The notes under the pieces: generated by a model | What the model saw: the letters and a program-made list of their open reading frames with translations, nothing else | Told to the model about the DNA's origin: nothing | Database searches by the model: none | From: an uncultured Methanosarcinaceae archaeon | GTDB lineage: Archaea; Halobacteriota; Methanosarcinia; Methanosarcinales; Methanosarcinaceae | Direction of reading: 5' to 3' | NCBI GenBank assembly: GCA_963847185.1 | Contig: CAWJYV010000007.1 | Coordinates: 448,001 to 512,000, forward strand | DNA length: 64,000 nucleotides | Part shown: piece by piece, positions 62,728-64,000 of the stretch | How positions within the stretch are numbered: position 1 is the stretch's first letter | Layout of the letters: each line of letters starts with the position of its first letter | Translations under genes and position numbers: made by a program

Positions 62728-62869
62728 TTACCTTTACTTCCTGCGGTCTAATCTCTTGAGTTGCCGTCGATCCTTCTTTCGGCAGGCTGGTTCCTTGGTA
62801 TTCATGTTTAATTTCAACATTTCTTCTGCTTTTTTCAATTAATTTTTCTATCTAACAAAGAATCATGCT

Positions 62870-64000
62870 TCAGTTAATTGAAATCCCGGGGGTGCAGACT
62901 CCTACAAAGGTTATCTTTGTTTCCATTGGGGTCTGCTTCCAGCCTGGAGGAGAAAGGTACTTTACACTCGTGTCTATTTTTATTGAATCTTCCGAAAGAC
63001 CGAAATCTTTCATTGAATCGAGGATAAGCTCTTCACCTGTTTTGTAGGAGTATTCTATTGCTGTTCTGTACTGCTCAAATTTCTTCCTCCCAACCGGAGT
63101 GAACACCAGGAATTTTTGATCTGGGTTTTCCATTGAGTAAGGCCTGATAGTTATCTCAATCCTTTTAATTCCTTTTCCTACGAGAGCTCCAACTGCATTT
63201 CCTACTCTTGCCTGCTCAGGGACTATAACTTCTGCATCAATCAGACCTTTCAGCTCTTCGTAGTAAGCTTTTACCGGTCCTCCTAGCAGAACTATAGGAA
63301 TGTTTACCTTGTACTGGACAGGGATCTCTTCTTCCAGCATCTTTTTTATTCCGTCTTTCCCTCTCCCTTCCATCATAAAAGACATCAAGCCGTAAGCCAT
63401 ATTTTTCGCAACCTGATGCTTTACTCTCTTGCAGAAGGCATGGACGCCCATATGTGTAAAACGTGAAAGTTTTCTCGCTCCTATCTGAGCGGCTTCTACA
63501 TCCCATTCAGTATATTCTCCCAATACGTGCAGGGCATCCGTAGGTGTGAAACCTATCGCCTGGATTACTCTCTGCTGAATCAGTGAGTCCATAACTGCAG
63601 GAGAGGGGAAACGCTTCGTTTTGTTTAAAATATCGTGGATAGAAAGGGGTTCATCCCCTATAAATTTTAACAACTTTTTCTCATTTTCTGTGGGGTCGAT
63701 GGGTACTATCCCGGTACTGACAAAGAATTTGGTGGGCTGAATATGTTCATTAAGCATGGTCCTCAGGGGGACAGGATTCTTCTCCAGTTTTTCCTTGAAA
63801 TTAGGGTATTTCACTGCAGCATAACAGAGGGGCATTACCCTTCTCGGGCCGATGCGCGTACATTTTTTGAACCATACATGGCTATCTCCACCGTTTGCGG
63901 AACTTTCCATCTTTATGGCCTTTACACGGGTTTGCCAGCCTCCGACAATTGCTCCTTTCTCACAAAGCTCGGGAACTCCTTTTTTTATAATGGAAATATC
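62870..64000 (-). CDS. hydantoinase/oxoprolinase family protein, 3' part (starts beyond the window)
   Basis: Frame open to the window edge (DISIIKKGVP..GAIVGGWQTRV); GGDSHV, IGPRRV, GFTPTDALHVLG, VGNAVGA. Confidence 0.88.
   Translation of the reverse strand, partial: DISIIKKGVPELCEKGAIVGGWQTRVKAIKMESSANGGDSHVWFKKCTRIGPRRVMPLCYAAVKYPNFKEKLEKNPVPLRTMLNEHIQPTKFFVSTGIVPIDPTENEKKLLKFIGDEPLSIHDILNKTKRFPSPAVMDSLIQQRVIQAIGFTPTDALHVLGEYTEWDVEAAQIGARKLSRFTHMGVHAFCKRVKHQVAKNMAYGLMSFMMEGRGKDGIKKMLEEEIPVQYKVNIPIVLLGGPVKAYYEELKGLIDAEVIVPEQARVGNAVGALVGKGIKRIEITIRPYSMENPDQKFLVFTPVGRKKFEQYRTAIEYSYKTGEELILDSMKDFGLSEDSIKIDTSVKYLSPPGWKQTPMETKITFVGVCTPGISIN

Noticed and set aside
1-64000. CRISPR arrays, rRNA genes, full-length transposases, and clear pyrrolysine readthrough genes
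   Set aside because: No regularly spaced repeat-spacer array, rRNA-like sequence or transposase ORF seen; the serB TAG is followed by a stop two codons later

Overview
Archaeal chromosomal window, almost certainly Methanosarcina (mtd, mfnB, nrpRI, split-type tgtA, PKD/PGF-CTERM surface proteins, AT-rich intergenic DNA). Core blocks: a glycosylation cluster (10.7-21.6 kb); mfnB-hisAF-tmk-DUF166-DUF2111-mtd-serB (22-29 kb); a UbiA-reductase-radical SAM operon and tgtA (29.5-34.7 kb); PAC2/thermosome, an FAD/Fe-S oxidoreductase, sufCB, nrpRI, cis-prenyltransferase, ychF, tRNA-Arg(GCG), two DUF1724 regulators and a partial hydantoinase (43.8-64 kb). Accessory regions lie at 1-9.6 kb and 35-43.7 kb. 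Best leads: (1) a secreted Zn-phospholipase C/P1-nuclease zymogen flanked by two paralogous membrane-anchored proteins and followed by a subtilase, which resembles a toxin-immunity-activator system and has a structured SD-sequestering leader; (2) the UbiA + geranylgeranyl-reductase-like + radical SAM operon, whose chemistry fits the missing steps of methanophenazine synthesis; (3) two DUF2111 genes that both appear to start at ATT; (4) a Met/Pro-rich periodic tail on the FAD/Fe-S oxidoreductase, with a palindromic operator; (5) a signal-less gingipain-like (C25) protease. Two MITEs are present. All five frameshifts seen are +1 insertions, which suggests sequencing error. All calls come from reading the sequence; no searches were run.
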